Shown here one piece after another: positions 1 through 8,273 of a stretch of 16,058 bases of DNA. Numbering within the stretch: the stretch's first letter is position 1; each line of letters opens with the position of its first letter. The notes beneath the pieces were generated by a model. That model saw nothing but the letters and a program-made list of their open reading frames with translations, searched no databases and was not told the origin of the DNA. The stretch covers positions 61,277-77,334 of the forward strand of contig JALTLO010000088.1 of NCBI GenBank assembly GCA_027001995.1, written 5' to 3'. This DNA comes from Planctomycetota bacterium (GTDB taxonomy: Bacteria > Planctomycetota > GCA-002687715 > DRQF01). The position numbers and the translations under genes are program-made.

Positions 1-1
1 C

Positions 2-1201
2 GATGCTGGGCTGTCGGGATTGATGTATCTGAGTTCTGGATGGGATCCTGACGTCGACAAGAAAATATTCGCGCGAGTCAAAGAAAAATTTGGCACATCT
101 GTGGCCGAGGTTGTTCGTGTTAATGGCCGCCTTGTAAGCGAGATCAATGATCTCATTGGTCAAAACCAGGACAAGGATGCTCTTTCTCTTGCGATGAAAC
201 TGATTGCATCTATGGGGGGGCCTCGCTTTTGTCCTTCTATGTCTTTGGTGGCTGGGCAGTTGGCATTGGGTTTGGGCAAGACAGAAGAAGCTGATCGCAT
301 TGGACAAGAACTGGCAGGCAGCGATGTCCCAGAAGTTTATCGAAAGGCTGCTGCTCGCCTCAGAGTCAAGCCTTCGGCCCAAGGGTCTTCCATTGCGATT
401 CTTGAAGTTGTTCCCGTCAAGTCCGGCCCCCTGATGGTGGGGGCGGAAGAGAACTTTCTTGTTCGCCTGCGCAACAGTGGTAAGAGCTCCATTGCCGGAG
501 GTATAGGAAGAACCGCTCTCAACCTTTCGATTCAATTTTCTGGGGATCATCTCGTTGCTGGTCGTCAGACGCCAGCGTCTCACCTTCCTATCTGGGGCTT
601 GGCACCGGGGGATGAAGTTGAAGTGATCGTGGCCGTTGTGGTTCCAGGTCCTGGGCAATTCTTCCAAGGGGCTGCTTCGGTCTTTCGCAAAGATGGGAAA
701 CCCGTACTTGTGACGTCACGCCCCAAACCCCCGGAAACAATTTGCACATCCTTGGCCACCGCAGGCGGCTTGGATCCTCGGGAGCAGGTTTTTGATGGTG
801 AGCGCTTTCGGAGCGCATGGTTCCCATCCCCAGCCCTATATCCGGGGGTGGTGAATAGAGACAAAAGTGTGACCTACTTAGCCGTTCAACTGGATCCCAT
901 CTTGGTTTCCCCTCGCCTGGTGGATCTAGGCAAACCACTGCGGGTATCGATTGACTTCGACAACGAGAAATTGCCGGCGGCCGTCGAGGAATTGGTTGAG
1001 GTCTATTATCGCTACGCTGGCCAACCTCATTTTCTTGGGCATCAGTGCATTCGGAAGACGTTTAAGCTGGATGGGAAAAGACAAAAGATGTCTTTTGACA
1101 TCCCCGTCAAGGGCGGCAAGGCTCCCGAACAGATTCGCATTGACCCTGTGGCGACACCCCATCTCATTACCATTCACGAAGTTCGAATCGCAACGATTTA
1201 G
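2..1201 (+). CDS. Hypothetical protein, probably 5'-truncated by the window edge; helical (TPR-like) N-part followed by beta-rich Ig-like domain(s)
   Basis: The frame is open from position 2 through the TTG/ATG at 20/23 to TAG at 1199-1201. The helical segment (LVAGQLALGLGKTEEADRI) is followed by VRLRNSG...LAPGDEVEVIVAVVVP, an Ig-like pattern. It ends 17 nt before murL, so it is probably co-transcribed. Confidence 0.7.
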   Translation, partial: DAGLSGLMYLSSGWDPDVDKKIFARVKEKFGTSVAEVVRVNGRLVSEINDLIGQNQDKDALSLAMKLIASMGGPRFCPSMSLVAGQLALGLGKTEEADRIGQELAGSDVPEVYRKAAARLRVKPSAQGSSIAILEVVPVKSGPLMVGAEENFLVRLRNSGKSSIAGGIGRTALNLSIQFSGDHLVAGRQTPASHLPIWGLAPGDEVEVIVAVVVPGPGQFFQGAASVFRKDGKPVLVTSRPKPPETICTSLATAGGLDPREQVFDGERFRSAWFPSPALYPGVVNRDKSVTYLAVQLDPILVSPRLVDLGKPLRVSIDFDNEKLPAAVEELVEVYYRYAGQPHFLGHQCIRKTFKLDGKRQKMSFDIPVKGGKAPEQIRIDPVATPHLITIHEVRIATI

Positions 1202-1218
1202 CCTATGATGGGGAGCCG

Positions 1219-2613
1219 ATGAACTTAGAAACACAAAGAAATGACGAAGGACGTTTTAATCCCCATGACTACCAGTCTTTTCATCATGACCAGGTGGTGA
1301 TGACAAATCGGGGCTTTCAACTGCACTATTCTCTTTCCGGGGAGAATAGTAAGTCTTTGCGCTTTCAGGAAATCATCGAATTCGAATCGGGCTTTGAAGG
1401 TTTGTCTTCCCCGTGCGCTCTCGCTGTTGAACGTGCGGCTCAGCTTCTTTTTCAAATCGCCGGGGTGAGCTATTTCAAACTGGCGGCCCCCAATAGGGTG
1501 AAATACTCAGGCTTAGTTTGTGGCCGTCGTCGTGATTTTCTGAGCCGCGTTTTTAAGCTTGGTCTGTCTGAGTTTGCTCATGTCAACAATCTTGATTTGA
1601 GTCATCTTGAGATTCTGGGGGATGAAGATGTTCCAGAACAGCGGGGGCAAACTGAAGTCCCCTTGGCTCTGGGGTTGGGGAAGAAGGTGTTGCTGCCTTT
1701 TGGCGGTGGCAAGGATTCGCTGCTGTCCTTGCAGCTCCTGGTCCGAGCCGGATTTGATGTTTCCTTGATTGTTGTTGGCCCTAACCCGGTGGCGGAGCAC
1801 TTGGCCGAAAAAACCGGAAAAAGAGTGATTCGTGTGAAACGCCTTCTTGATCCCCAGGTTAAAACCCTCAACGGTCAAGGAGCCCTCAATGGACACGTTC
1901 CAGTGACGGCCATCGTTTCTTTGATCGCCATCTTGGCTGCCCTCAAGGATGGTTTTTCGGCGGTGGTCATGTCGAACGAAAGCTCGGCCAATGTCGGTTC
2001 ATTTGTGGGCAAGGATTTGGTGGAAGTCAACCATCAATATTCCAAAAGCCTGGCTTTCGAAACCTCTCTAAGAGATGAACTTCAACATTTGGGTTTAGGG
2101 GAACTCGAATATTTTTCTTTGTTGCGACCTATGTCCGAACTTATGATTTGCCGAAAGTTTGCTGCTCTTGGCAAGCACTTAGATGGCTTCGTCAGTTGCA
2201 ACAAAAACTTTCGCCGAGATGCATCAGGAAAGACAACAACTTGGTGTCTGACTTGCCCCAAATGTATCTTCGTTTACTTGTGCATGGCACCCTTTCTTGC
2301 TGTTGAGACCCTGGACGCAATCTTTGGCGGCAATCCCCTCGATCGTGGTGAGAGCCTCGAAATCTTGGCATCGCTCTTGGGTGTGGAAGGAAAGACGAGG
2401 CCATTCGATTGCGTCGGCGGGCCAGATGAATGTCATTTTGCTCTCGCAAGTTTGGCCAAGAGAAATGACACATCATCTTGGTTGTGCGTCCGCCACTATC
2501 GTTCCCATTGGTCTCAAGGTTATTCGAATCCGGAAGATTCGATGCTGTTTAGACTCAACGCCAATCATCTTGTCCCCCAACGATTCCTGGGAGCCCTTGA
2601 TGAAGTTCGCTGA
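1219..2613 (+). CDS. murL: UDP-N-acetylmuramoyl-L-alanyl-L-glutamate epimerase (MurL)
   Basis: PP-loop-like FGGGKDS plus the motifs GVSYFK, LNGHVPVTAI, MSNESSA, VNHQYSKS, YFSLLRP, SCNKNF, WCxxCPKCxFV and PFDCVG, which I recognise as MurL family. It overlaps a MurD-type ligase. GGGGAG RBS-like sequence lies just upstream. Confidence 0.9.
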   Translation: MNLETQRNDEGRFNPHDYQSFHHDQVVMTNRGFQLHYSLSGENSKSLRFQEIIEFESGFEGLSSPCALAVERAAQLLFQIAGVSYFKLAAPNRVKYSGLVCGRRRDFLSRVFKLGLSEFAHVNNLDLSHLEILGDEDVPEQRGQTEVPLALGLGKKVLLPFGGGKDSLLSLQLLVRAGFDVSLIVVGPNPVAEHLAEKTGKRVIRVKRLLDPQVKTLNGQGALNGHVPVTAIVSLIAILAALKDGFSAVVMSNESSANVGSFVGKDLVEVNHQYSKSLAFETSLRDELQHLGLGELEYFSLLRPMSELMICRKFAALGKHLDGFVSCNKNFRRDASGKTTTWCLTCPKCIFVYLCMAPFLAVETLDAIFGGNPLDRGESLEILASLLGVEGKTRPFDCVGGPDECHFALASLAKRNDTSSWLCVRHYRSHWSQGYSNPEDSMLFRLNANHLVPQRFLGALDEVR

Positions 2614-3955
2614 CTTAGCAGGAAAGAAAGTGGCTATCCTCGGAATGGGGCGAGAAGGGCGAAGCGTTCTGGTTGCCCTACGATCCCGACTTCCCCATCA
2701 GCATGTGACCTTGATAGACGAAGGCGACCTAGAGAATTCTCCTTTAGATCAATTTGAGTGGGATTCTTCTTTGCATCTGACCAAAGGTGATTTGACTCCA
2801 GCTCACTTGGCTGCTCTCGATGTACTCATTAAGTCCCCAGGAGTGAGCCTCTACCGCCAGGATCTACAAGAAGCCAAGAAATCCGGGCTTACCATTACAT
2901 CATTGACGAATCTTTGGTTAGCTGAGAACACCCATAGTCGTACCATTGTTGTCACGGGCACCAAGGGCAAGAGCACGACTGCGTCTTTGCTGGCTGAGTT
3001 ACTGAGAACTTTGGGGCAGCCAGTCTTCTTGCGGGGAAACGTCGGTCGTCCCCTTTTCGATCAAGAAGAACCGGAGGCGGACGCTGATACCGTTGTCATC
3101 GAGCTGTCGAGCTATCAACTTGCTGACTTGAAAGAAGAAGTTGATTTCGCTTTATTGACTAACTTGGCACCGGAACATTTGGACTGGCATTTAAGCGTGG
3201 AGAACTACTATCGCGACAAGCTCAATGTTTCTCACCGAGCCCATGTTGTTTTTGCCAATGGGAATGATGGCGAACTTGTGAATCGTCTTCAGCACTGTGA
3301 AGATTGTCGTTGGTTTGGCACCGAAGAATCCCTGACCTGGGATCAGCGAGGGGTTATTCTGGATGAGGGGGTTCTGGTTGAAAGAGAGGCCATAGCCCTG
3401 CGGGGTTTGCACAATGTGTCGAACGTTTGCGCAGCTTTGAGCCTTGCTCTTGAGCTGGGGGTCGACTTGGAAGATGCCAAGGAAGTTATTTCTCGCTTCG
3501 CCCCATTGCCCCATCGCTTAGAGGTCGTCGATCAAAAAAATGGCCGTACTTTCGTCAACGACAGTATTGCATCAACACCACTGGCAACTCTCGCAGCTCT
3601 TCGTTGTTGGACGGAAACTCCCCTTGCTCTTATTGTCGGTGGTGCAGACCGTGGGCTGCCCGTGGAGGAGTTTGTGGCGGCCATCTTGAAGGTACCCTCT
3701 TGCTATCAGGTTGAACTCATGGGAGATTTCGGTCTTCGATTCTTGAAAGAGTATGAATTCCAGCAGAATCGAGAAGGGCCAGGGCCCTCTGTTCACATGA
3801 ACGACGATTTGTCCCAAGCTGTTGACCGGTGCTGGAAATATTCCCGAGACCCCTCTGTTATTCTCCTTTCCCCAGGAGCACCCAGTTTTGATGCTTTTCG
3901 TGACTTCGCACATCGGGGTGAGCAGTTTCGAGAAATCGTGTCTCAGCTCGGATGA
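2600..3955 (+). CDS. murD2: MurD-family ligase, likely the L-glutamate-adding MurD2 type
   Basis: Start re-called at ATG 2600 (MKFADLAGKKVAILGMGREG), overlapping the murL stop by 14 nt. Motifs: KSPG, VTGTKGKSTT (P-loop), GNVG, VIELSSYQL, PEHLDWH, LPHRLE, FVNDS, LLSPGAPSFDAF. The MurD2 subtype is inferred from adjacency to murL. Confidence 0.88.
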   Translation: MKFADLAGKKVAILGMGREGRSVLVALRSRLPHQHVTLIDEGDLENSPLDQFEWDSSLHLTKGDLTPAHLAALDVLIKSPGVSLYRQDLQEAKKSGLTITSLTNLWLAENTHSRTIVVTGTKGKSTTASLLAELLRTLGQPVFLRGNVGRPLFDQEEPEADADTVVIELSSYQLADLKEEVDFALLTNLAPEHLDWHLSVENYYRDKLNVSHRAHVVFANGNDGELVNRLQHCEDCRWFGTEESLTWDQRGVILDEGVLVEREAIALRGLHNVSNVCAALSLALELGVDLEDAKEVISRFAPLPHRLEVVDQKNGRTFVNDSIASTPLATLAALRCWTETPLALIVGGADRGLPVEEFVAAILKVPSCYQVELMGDFGLRFLKEYEFQQNREGPGPSVHMNDDLSQAVDRCWKYSRDPSVILLSPGAPSFDAFRDFAHRGEQFREIVSQLG

Positions 3956-3978
3956 AACGGTGAATCCAGTAAGAGGCC

Positions 3979-4008
3979 TTGACCAATCCTAAGCGTAGAA
4001 CATAACTT
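3979..4008 (+). promoter_or_regulatory. Possible sigma70-type promoter for the hydrolase-peptidase pair
   Basis: TTGACC (3979-3984), 18-nt spacer, TAACTT (4003-4008) in the intergenic gap after murD2. Consensus resemblance only. Confidence 0.3.
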
Positions 4009-4062
4009 CGGGGACCGGGCCTTGGTGAAAAGAAGGTCTTGGGCAACCCAAGGAGAATTCTC

Positions 4063-4926
4063 ATGTCGATTTTGTTTACACCTGTCTTCCGTCTAATCTT
4101 GATTCCCTTGTCGTGTTTTCTGTTCGCGACATCTTCGACGATGGCTCAAGACAGCCGCCCCACGTCCCGAAAAGCGACAACCCAAAAAGTGAAGGTGGTG
4201 AAGAAGACCATTACCTTTAGATCTCTGGATGGTCTGACCTTGACCGCAGATCTTTATACTGGACACAAGGACAAGAAGACGCCGTTCATCTTGCTTTGCC
4301 ACCAAGCTGGCTGGAGCCGAGGCGAGTACAAGGAAATCGCTCCTAAGCTGGTCGGTATGGGATTCAATTGTTTGGCCATAGATCAACGCTCGGGGGGTGG
4401 GGTGAATCAGGTTCAGAATGCCTCCGTCAAAGCGGCACAAAAGAAGGGGTTAGGGACAGGGTTCCTGGATGCTCGCCAAGACATCATTGCTGCTTTGAAA
4501 TTGGCGCGTAAGCAATATGCCCAGGGCAAACTTCTGCTTTGGGGATCGTCCTATTCCTCCGCCTTGGCCCTGCAAATTGTCGGTACGGAATCGAAGTTGG
4601 CCGACGGTGTCTTGTCATTTGCTCCGGGAGAGTACTTCAAGCGTTTCGGCAAGACTAAGCACTATATTCGTGATGCGGCCAAAAACATTAAAGTTCCCGC
4701 CTTTCTCACCGGCTCAAGAAAGGAATCCCGAACCTTCGTGAAGGAGATTGCCGATGTGATGAAATTGGGCAAGAAGCTTCACCTCTATCAACCTAAGTCC
4801 AAGGGCCACCACGGATCTCGCGCCTTGTGGAAGAAATTTGACGACAGCCCAGGATACTGGAAGGCCGTCACTCAATTTCTCGACCAGAACTTTCCCCGCC
4901 AGACTGCCACCAGCCGCAAGTCTTAA
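4063..4926 (+). CDS. Exported alpha/beta-fold hydrolase (dienelactone hydrolase/esterase-like)
   Basis: AAGGAG RBS at 4050-4055 precedes ATG 4063. Hydrophobic N-terminal signal ends near TMA|QD. Motifs: F.SLDGL.LTADLY, LLCHQAG, AIDQRSGG, nucleophile elbow WGSSYS and C-terminal His in GHHGSRALW. Confidence 0.82.
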   Translation: MSILFTPVFRLILIPLSCFLFATSSTMAQDSRPTSRKATTQKVKVVKKTITFRSLDGLTLTADLYTGHKDKKTPFILLCHQAGWSRGEYKEIAPKLVGMGFNCLAIDQRSGGGVNQVQNASVKAAQKKGLGTGFLDARQDIIAALKLARKQYAQGKLLLWGSSYSSALALQIVGTESKLADGVLSFAPGEYFKRFGKTKHYIRDAAKNIKVPAFLTGSRKESRTFVKEIADVMKLGKKLHLYQPKSKGHHGSRALWKKFDDSPGYWKAVTQFLDQNFPRQTATSRKS

Positions 4927-4949
4927 GCTGATTTATCTGAAAGAATAAT

Positions 4950-7007
4950 ATGACCAAGAAACTATTGAATATCATCGTGGCGATTTGCTTATTGGGCCTT
5001 GGAGCGTTGGCCCAAGAAACGATGACACCCGAGCTTTTGTGGAAACTCAAACGGGTGAGTGGGGGCAAGATTTCTCCCGATGGAAAATGGATGGTGTACG
5101 GTGTTCGCTCCTACGACCTCCAGGAGAATAAGGGGGACTCCGATCTGTTTCTGGCGCAACTGCCGAGTGGCGAAACACATGCTTTGACCCAGGGGCCAGG
5201 GAGTGAGGGGGCGGTTCAATGGGTGAATACAAAGCTTGGCTTAAGGCTCTTTTTCTTGTCAAGGCGAGGCAAAGATGCTTCCACGCAAGTATGGTCTTTA
5301 GACCCCAAGAGCGGTTCCATGACCGCAATCACCCATGAAGAGGGTGGTGTTGCCAATCTCAAGGTTTCTCCCGTCGGCACTCATATCGCTTTCACCAAAG
5401 ACATCAAGCTCGACGACACGGTGAACGATCTCTACGCCGACCTCCCTTTCGCAGACGCTCGGATTATCGATGGATTGATGTATAGGCATTGGGATTCCTG
5501 GCATGACTATAAGTATAGTCATCTCCATGTGGCTAAGCTTGGAGAGGACTTGAAGGCTGACAGGCCTGTTGATCTCATGAAGGGACTGAAGGTGGATTGC
5601 CCAGTGCCACCTTTTGGCGGGGCTGAACATTTCAATTGGTCTCCCGATGGCAAAGAGATTGCCTTCACCGCGAAGTTCTCCAACAACTGGGCCCAGTCCA
5701 CCGACAGTGACATTTACCTCATTCAGATTGATGGTGATGGTCGGCGTCAGTGCATAACCGCGGGGATGGACGGCTATGACAATGATCCAGTCTACTCACC
5801 CAATGGCAAGTACATAGCTTTTCATTCCATGGAGAGGCCAGGTTTTGAGTCTGACCGCAATCGTCTGATGATTTACGACCGTGCCACAGGGACGATCATC
5901 GATTTGTCCCAGGGTTTGGACCAGATGGTCCATGGGGCACTTTGGGCGCCAGACTCCAGTCGCTTATTTTTTATGTCCGAAATGCGCGGAACGAATCAGC
6001 TCTATTCTCTGGACTTGGTGGGCAAAACACTGAGGAGGTTGACGAAGAAGTCGCAGAAGAATTGGGGCATTCGGGATGTTACTCCAGACGGCAAGTCATT
6101 GTTGGTGAGCGTCCAAGATATGATTCGCCCCAACGAACTTGGCTTGCTCAGGTTGAAGGACGGCAGTTTCAAGGGCTTGACGGATGCGAACGGTCCTCTG
6201 TATCAAAACTTGAAAACCCCTCAGGTCCGTGAGCGTTGGGTGAAAGCAAGTGACGGCAAAAGAATTCACAGTTGGGTGATCTATCCCCCCAACTTTGATG
6301 CCAAGAAAAAGTGGCCTACGTTGGTCTATTTTCAGGGTGGCCCTCAAGGACAGATCGGCCAGTGGTTCAGCTTTCGTTGGAACTTCCACCTCATGGCGGC
6401 TCAAGGGTACGTCGTGGTGGCGCCAAATCGTCGGGGGCTTCCAGGGTTTGGTCGGGCTTGGAACGACGCGATTTCGAAGGATTGGGGCGGGCAAGCGATG
6501 CGTGACATCTTGGCTGTCACCGACGATATGGCCACGGAGTCTTACGTGGACGCTAAGCGCATGGGAGGCGTCGGCGCCAGTTTTGGCGGGTTCACTGCCT
6601 ATTGGATGATGGGCAATGCGAAACAGCGATTTGCCGCTATGATCGCCCATGCTGGTGTTTTTAACTTTGAATCGATGTATGGCGTGACGGAAGAGCTGTT
6701 TTTCGTCAACTGGGACTTAGGGGGGCCCTATTGGCGAAGCAAGGAACTCCAAAAGTCATACGACCGCTTTTCACCTCATCGCTTCGTTGCCAATTGGAAG
6801 ACCCCTTTGTTGGTCATTCACGGTGAAAAGGACTTTCGGGTTCCTATTGGGGAAGGTATGCAAGCATTCACCGCGGCCCAGCTCAAAGGAATTCCTAGTC
6901 GTTTCCTCTATTTTCCGGAGGAAGGGCATTGGGTTCAAAATCCCCAGAATGGCGTCCTCTGGCATCGTGTGTTTTTTGATTGGTTGGACCGTTTCTTGAA
7001 GCCATAG
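4950..7007 (+). CDS. S9 family serine peptidase (dipeptidyl-peptidase V / acylaminoacyl-peptidase-like), exported
   Basis: Signal peptide (ALA|QE). Beta-propeller repeats (ISPDGK, VSPVGT, WSPDGK, YSPNGK, WAPDSS, VTPDGK). GGPQG motif and catalytic triad contexts GASFGG, HGEKDFRVP and PEEGHW. Confidence 0.93.
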   Translation: MTKKLLNIIVAICLLGLGALAQETMTPELLWKLKRVSGGKISPDGKWMVYGVRSYDLQENKGDSDLFLAQLPSGETHALTQGPGSEGAVQWVNTKLGLRLFFLSRRGKDASTQVWSLDPKSGSMTAITHEEGGVANLKVSPVGTHIAFTKDIKLDDTVNDLYADLPFADARIIDGLMYRHWDSWHDYKYSHLHVAKLGEDLKADRPVDLMKGLKVDCPVPPFGGAEHFNWSPDGKEIAFTAKFSNNWAQSTDSDIYLIQIDGDGRRQCITAGMDGYDNDPVYSPNGKYIAFHSMERPGFESDRNRLMIYDRATGTIIDLSQGLDQMVHGALWAPDSSRLFFMSEMRGTNQLYSLDLVGKTLRRLTKKSQKNWGIRDVTPDGKSLLVSVQDMIRPNELGLLRLKDGSFKGLTDANGPLYQNLKTPQVRERWVKASDGKRIHSWVIYPPNFDAKKKWPTLVYFQGGPQGQIGQWFSFRWNFHLMAAQGYVVVAPNRRGLPGFGRAWNDAISKDWGGQAMRDILAVTDDMATESYVDAKRMGGVGASFGGFTAYWMMGNAKQRFAAMIAHAGVFNFESMYGVTEELFFVNWDLGGPYWRSKELQKSYDRFSPHRFVANWKTPLLVIHGEKDFRVPIGEGMQAFTAAQLKGIPSRFLYFPEEGHWVQNPQNGVLWHRVFFDWLDRFLKP

Positions 7008-7033
7008 CAGGGGCTCGATCGAAATCTAAAATG

Positions 7034-7080
7034 AAAAAAAGGGGCATGTCAGTGAAGCTGACATGCCCTCTTTATTTCTT
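7034..7080. terminator. Bidirectional intrinsic terminator between convergent genes
   Basis: Perfect 11-bp stem GGGCATGTCAG (7042-7052) / CTGACATGCCC (7058-7068) with a 5-nt loop. An A7 run on the left gives the U-tract for the minus strand, and a T-rich tract lies on the right. Confidence 0.88.
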
Positions 7081-7098
7081 CTCAAAGAACGTGGGGAA

Positions 7099-8001
7099 TT
7101 AGCTGTCCTTGAGGGATTTTGCAAAGTCATTGGCATCATTCGCTAAGCCAGTTTTTTTGGCTTTACTGATGAAACGACGGATTGCCCGTTTGGCGTCCTT
7201 GACATCCATGCTCTTGATGGCGTCCAGGCGCCCCTGAGCGGCCTCAATAATGGACTCTTTGGCTTCTGTGAGTTGCTGCTGCAAACTCTCTGGCAAGTTC
7301 TGTGGTTTCGGAGCTGCTTTCTCCAAAGCTTTGATGGCCTTGTCGAATTCCCCTTCATTCACCAAGTTGTTGCTTGAAATCACACCTTTCTTGATGGACT
7401 TCATCGTCTTGCGACTGACCCCCTTGCCAAACTTCTTCTTGAGCTTCTTAGTGGCTTCTTTGACAGCCTCCATGATCTTGCCAGCAGTGGCGCCCTTGAA
7501 GACGTGCATCTCTTTCAAATCGTGGGGGTTGATCAAGCTCGTATAGGGCACAAGGCCAGTTTTGTTGTAGGTGGCGGCTTTGCTCCGGTTGAGCTTCATG
7601 ATCTGACGAAAGGTCAAACTTGGCCATTGGACCATGTATTCGACTTTTTCACCCTGGGCGTTTTTCTTGGTGTAAGTGGCCGCCTTGCGGTCTTTCTTCT
7701 CAACAGCCTTGTCAAGTTTACTCAAGGAAAGAACTTCAACGGTGTGCTCATCGGCGAACTTGATGTACTTCTTATTCTGCATCACGGCAGAATGGACTCC
7801 CCAGCAGGAGCCTCAGTAAAAACCGTGGCTGTGCAGGACGATGGGTACGTTTAGGGCCTTGGCTTCTTCAACTGCTAGGTCCCAAGTCGCAGCGAATGTC
7901 ACCGTGTCTTTGATTTTGGGCTTCTTTTGGGCCCAGGCCGTATCCGACAAGGTGGCAAATGTGAGACTCAAGAGCATCAGGACGGCGAAAGTCCTCTTCA
8001 T
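7099..8001 (-). CDS. Exported thioredoxin-fold selenoprotein (UxxC; Sec63 encoded by in-frame TGA at 7813-7815), 300 aa
   Basis: GGAG RBS lies 8 nt before ATG 8001, followed by a signal peptide (AWA|QK). Reading through TGA gives ...TWDLAVEEAKALNVPIVLHSHGFY-U-GSCWGVHSAVMQNKKYIKFADEHTV..., in frame with ORF 7099-7785. A Trx-like cis-Pro segment (GLVPYTSLINP) and a helical Lys-rich C-terminus follow. A SECIS-like hairpin sits downstream of the TGA. Confidence 0.85.
7774..7793 (-). promoter_or_regulatory. Putative bacterial SECIS element
   Basis: mRNA AUUCUGC-CGUGAU-GCAGAAU forms a perfect 7-bp stem with a 6-nt loop that has G-U at loop positions 2-3. There are 26 nt between the UGA and the apical loop. 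Confidence 0.65.
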
Positions 8002-8273
8002 GCTATTCACTCCAGTTCGCAATGTTCGATTCAAATGGGGGGCTATGGATGTTCTCCTTATCCAAGCCCACTTACAACATATCAAGTGTAGGCGGTGATA
8101 GGCGGGATCTCCACCGCTGTGGAACTTCCCTGTTCCATGAACAAGCGAGATTGCCCAATTGATTCGGTTAATATGGGGAATGATAAAATAGTTTCCACAA
8201 GCCACCACCTAAGTGGCGATCTAAGCGTTAACATCAGCCTCGAAATTGTGATGAGCCCAGGAGTCATTCATCC

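Noticed and set aside
2297..2599. 101-aa N-terminal extension of the MurD-type ORF
   Set aside because: It overlaps the conserved murL C-terminus, and MurD homology begins at ATG 2600.
5070..6100. Recurring TC(T/A)CC(C)GA(T/C)GG-like sequences in the S9 peptidase gene as a DNA repeat array
   Set aside because: They encode the SPDG beta-propeller blade motif, with irregular spacing and degenerate sequence; not CRISPR or a tandem repeat.
7813..7815. TGA as evidence of an alternative genetic code (UGA=Trp or Gly)
   Set aside because: TGA is the natural stop of six other genes here (2611, 3953, 8991, 10078, 13448, 15306), three of them overlapping the next gene's start. No other gene is interrupted and Trp is encoded by TGG.
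7099..8001. Pseudogene (nonsense mutation) or two separate genes
   Set aside because: The single stop falls exactly on the redox Cys position of an xxC motif, is TGA, and is followed by a SECIS-like stem. There are no other lesions, and the 3' ORF lacks an evident RBS. Not fully excluded without the sel genes.
8002..8208. N-terminal extension of ORF 7813-8208
   Set aside because: The RBS and a typical signal peptide start at ATG 8001; the upstream translation does not look protein-like.
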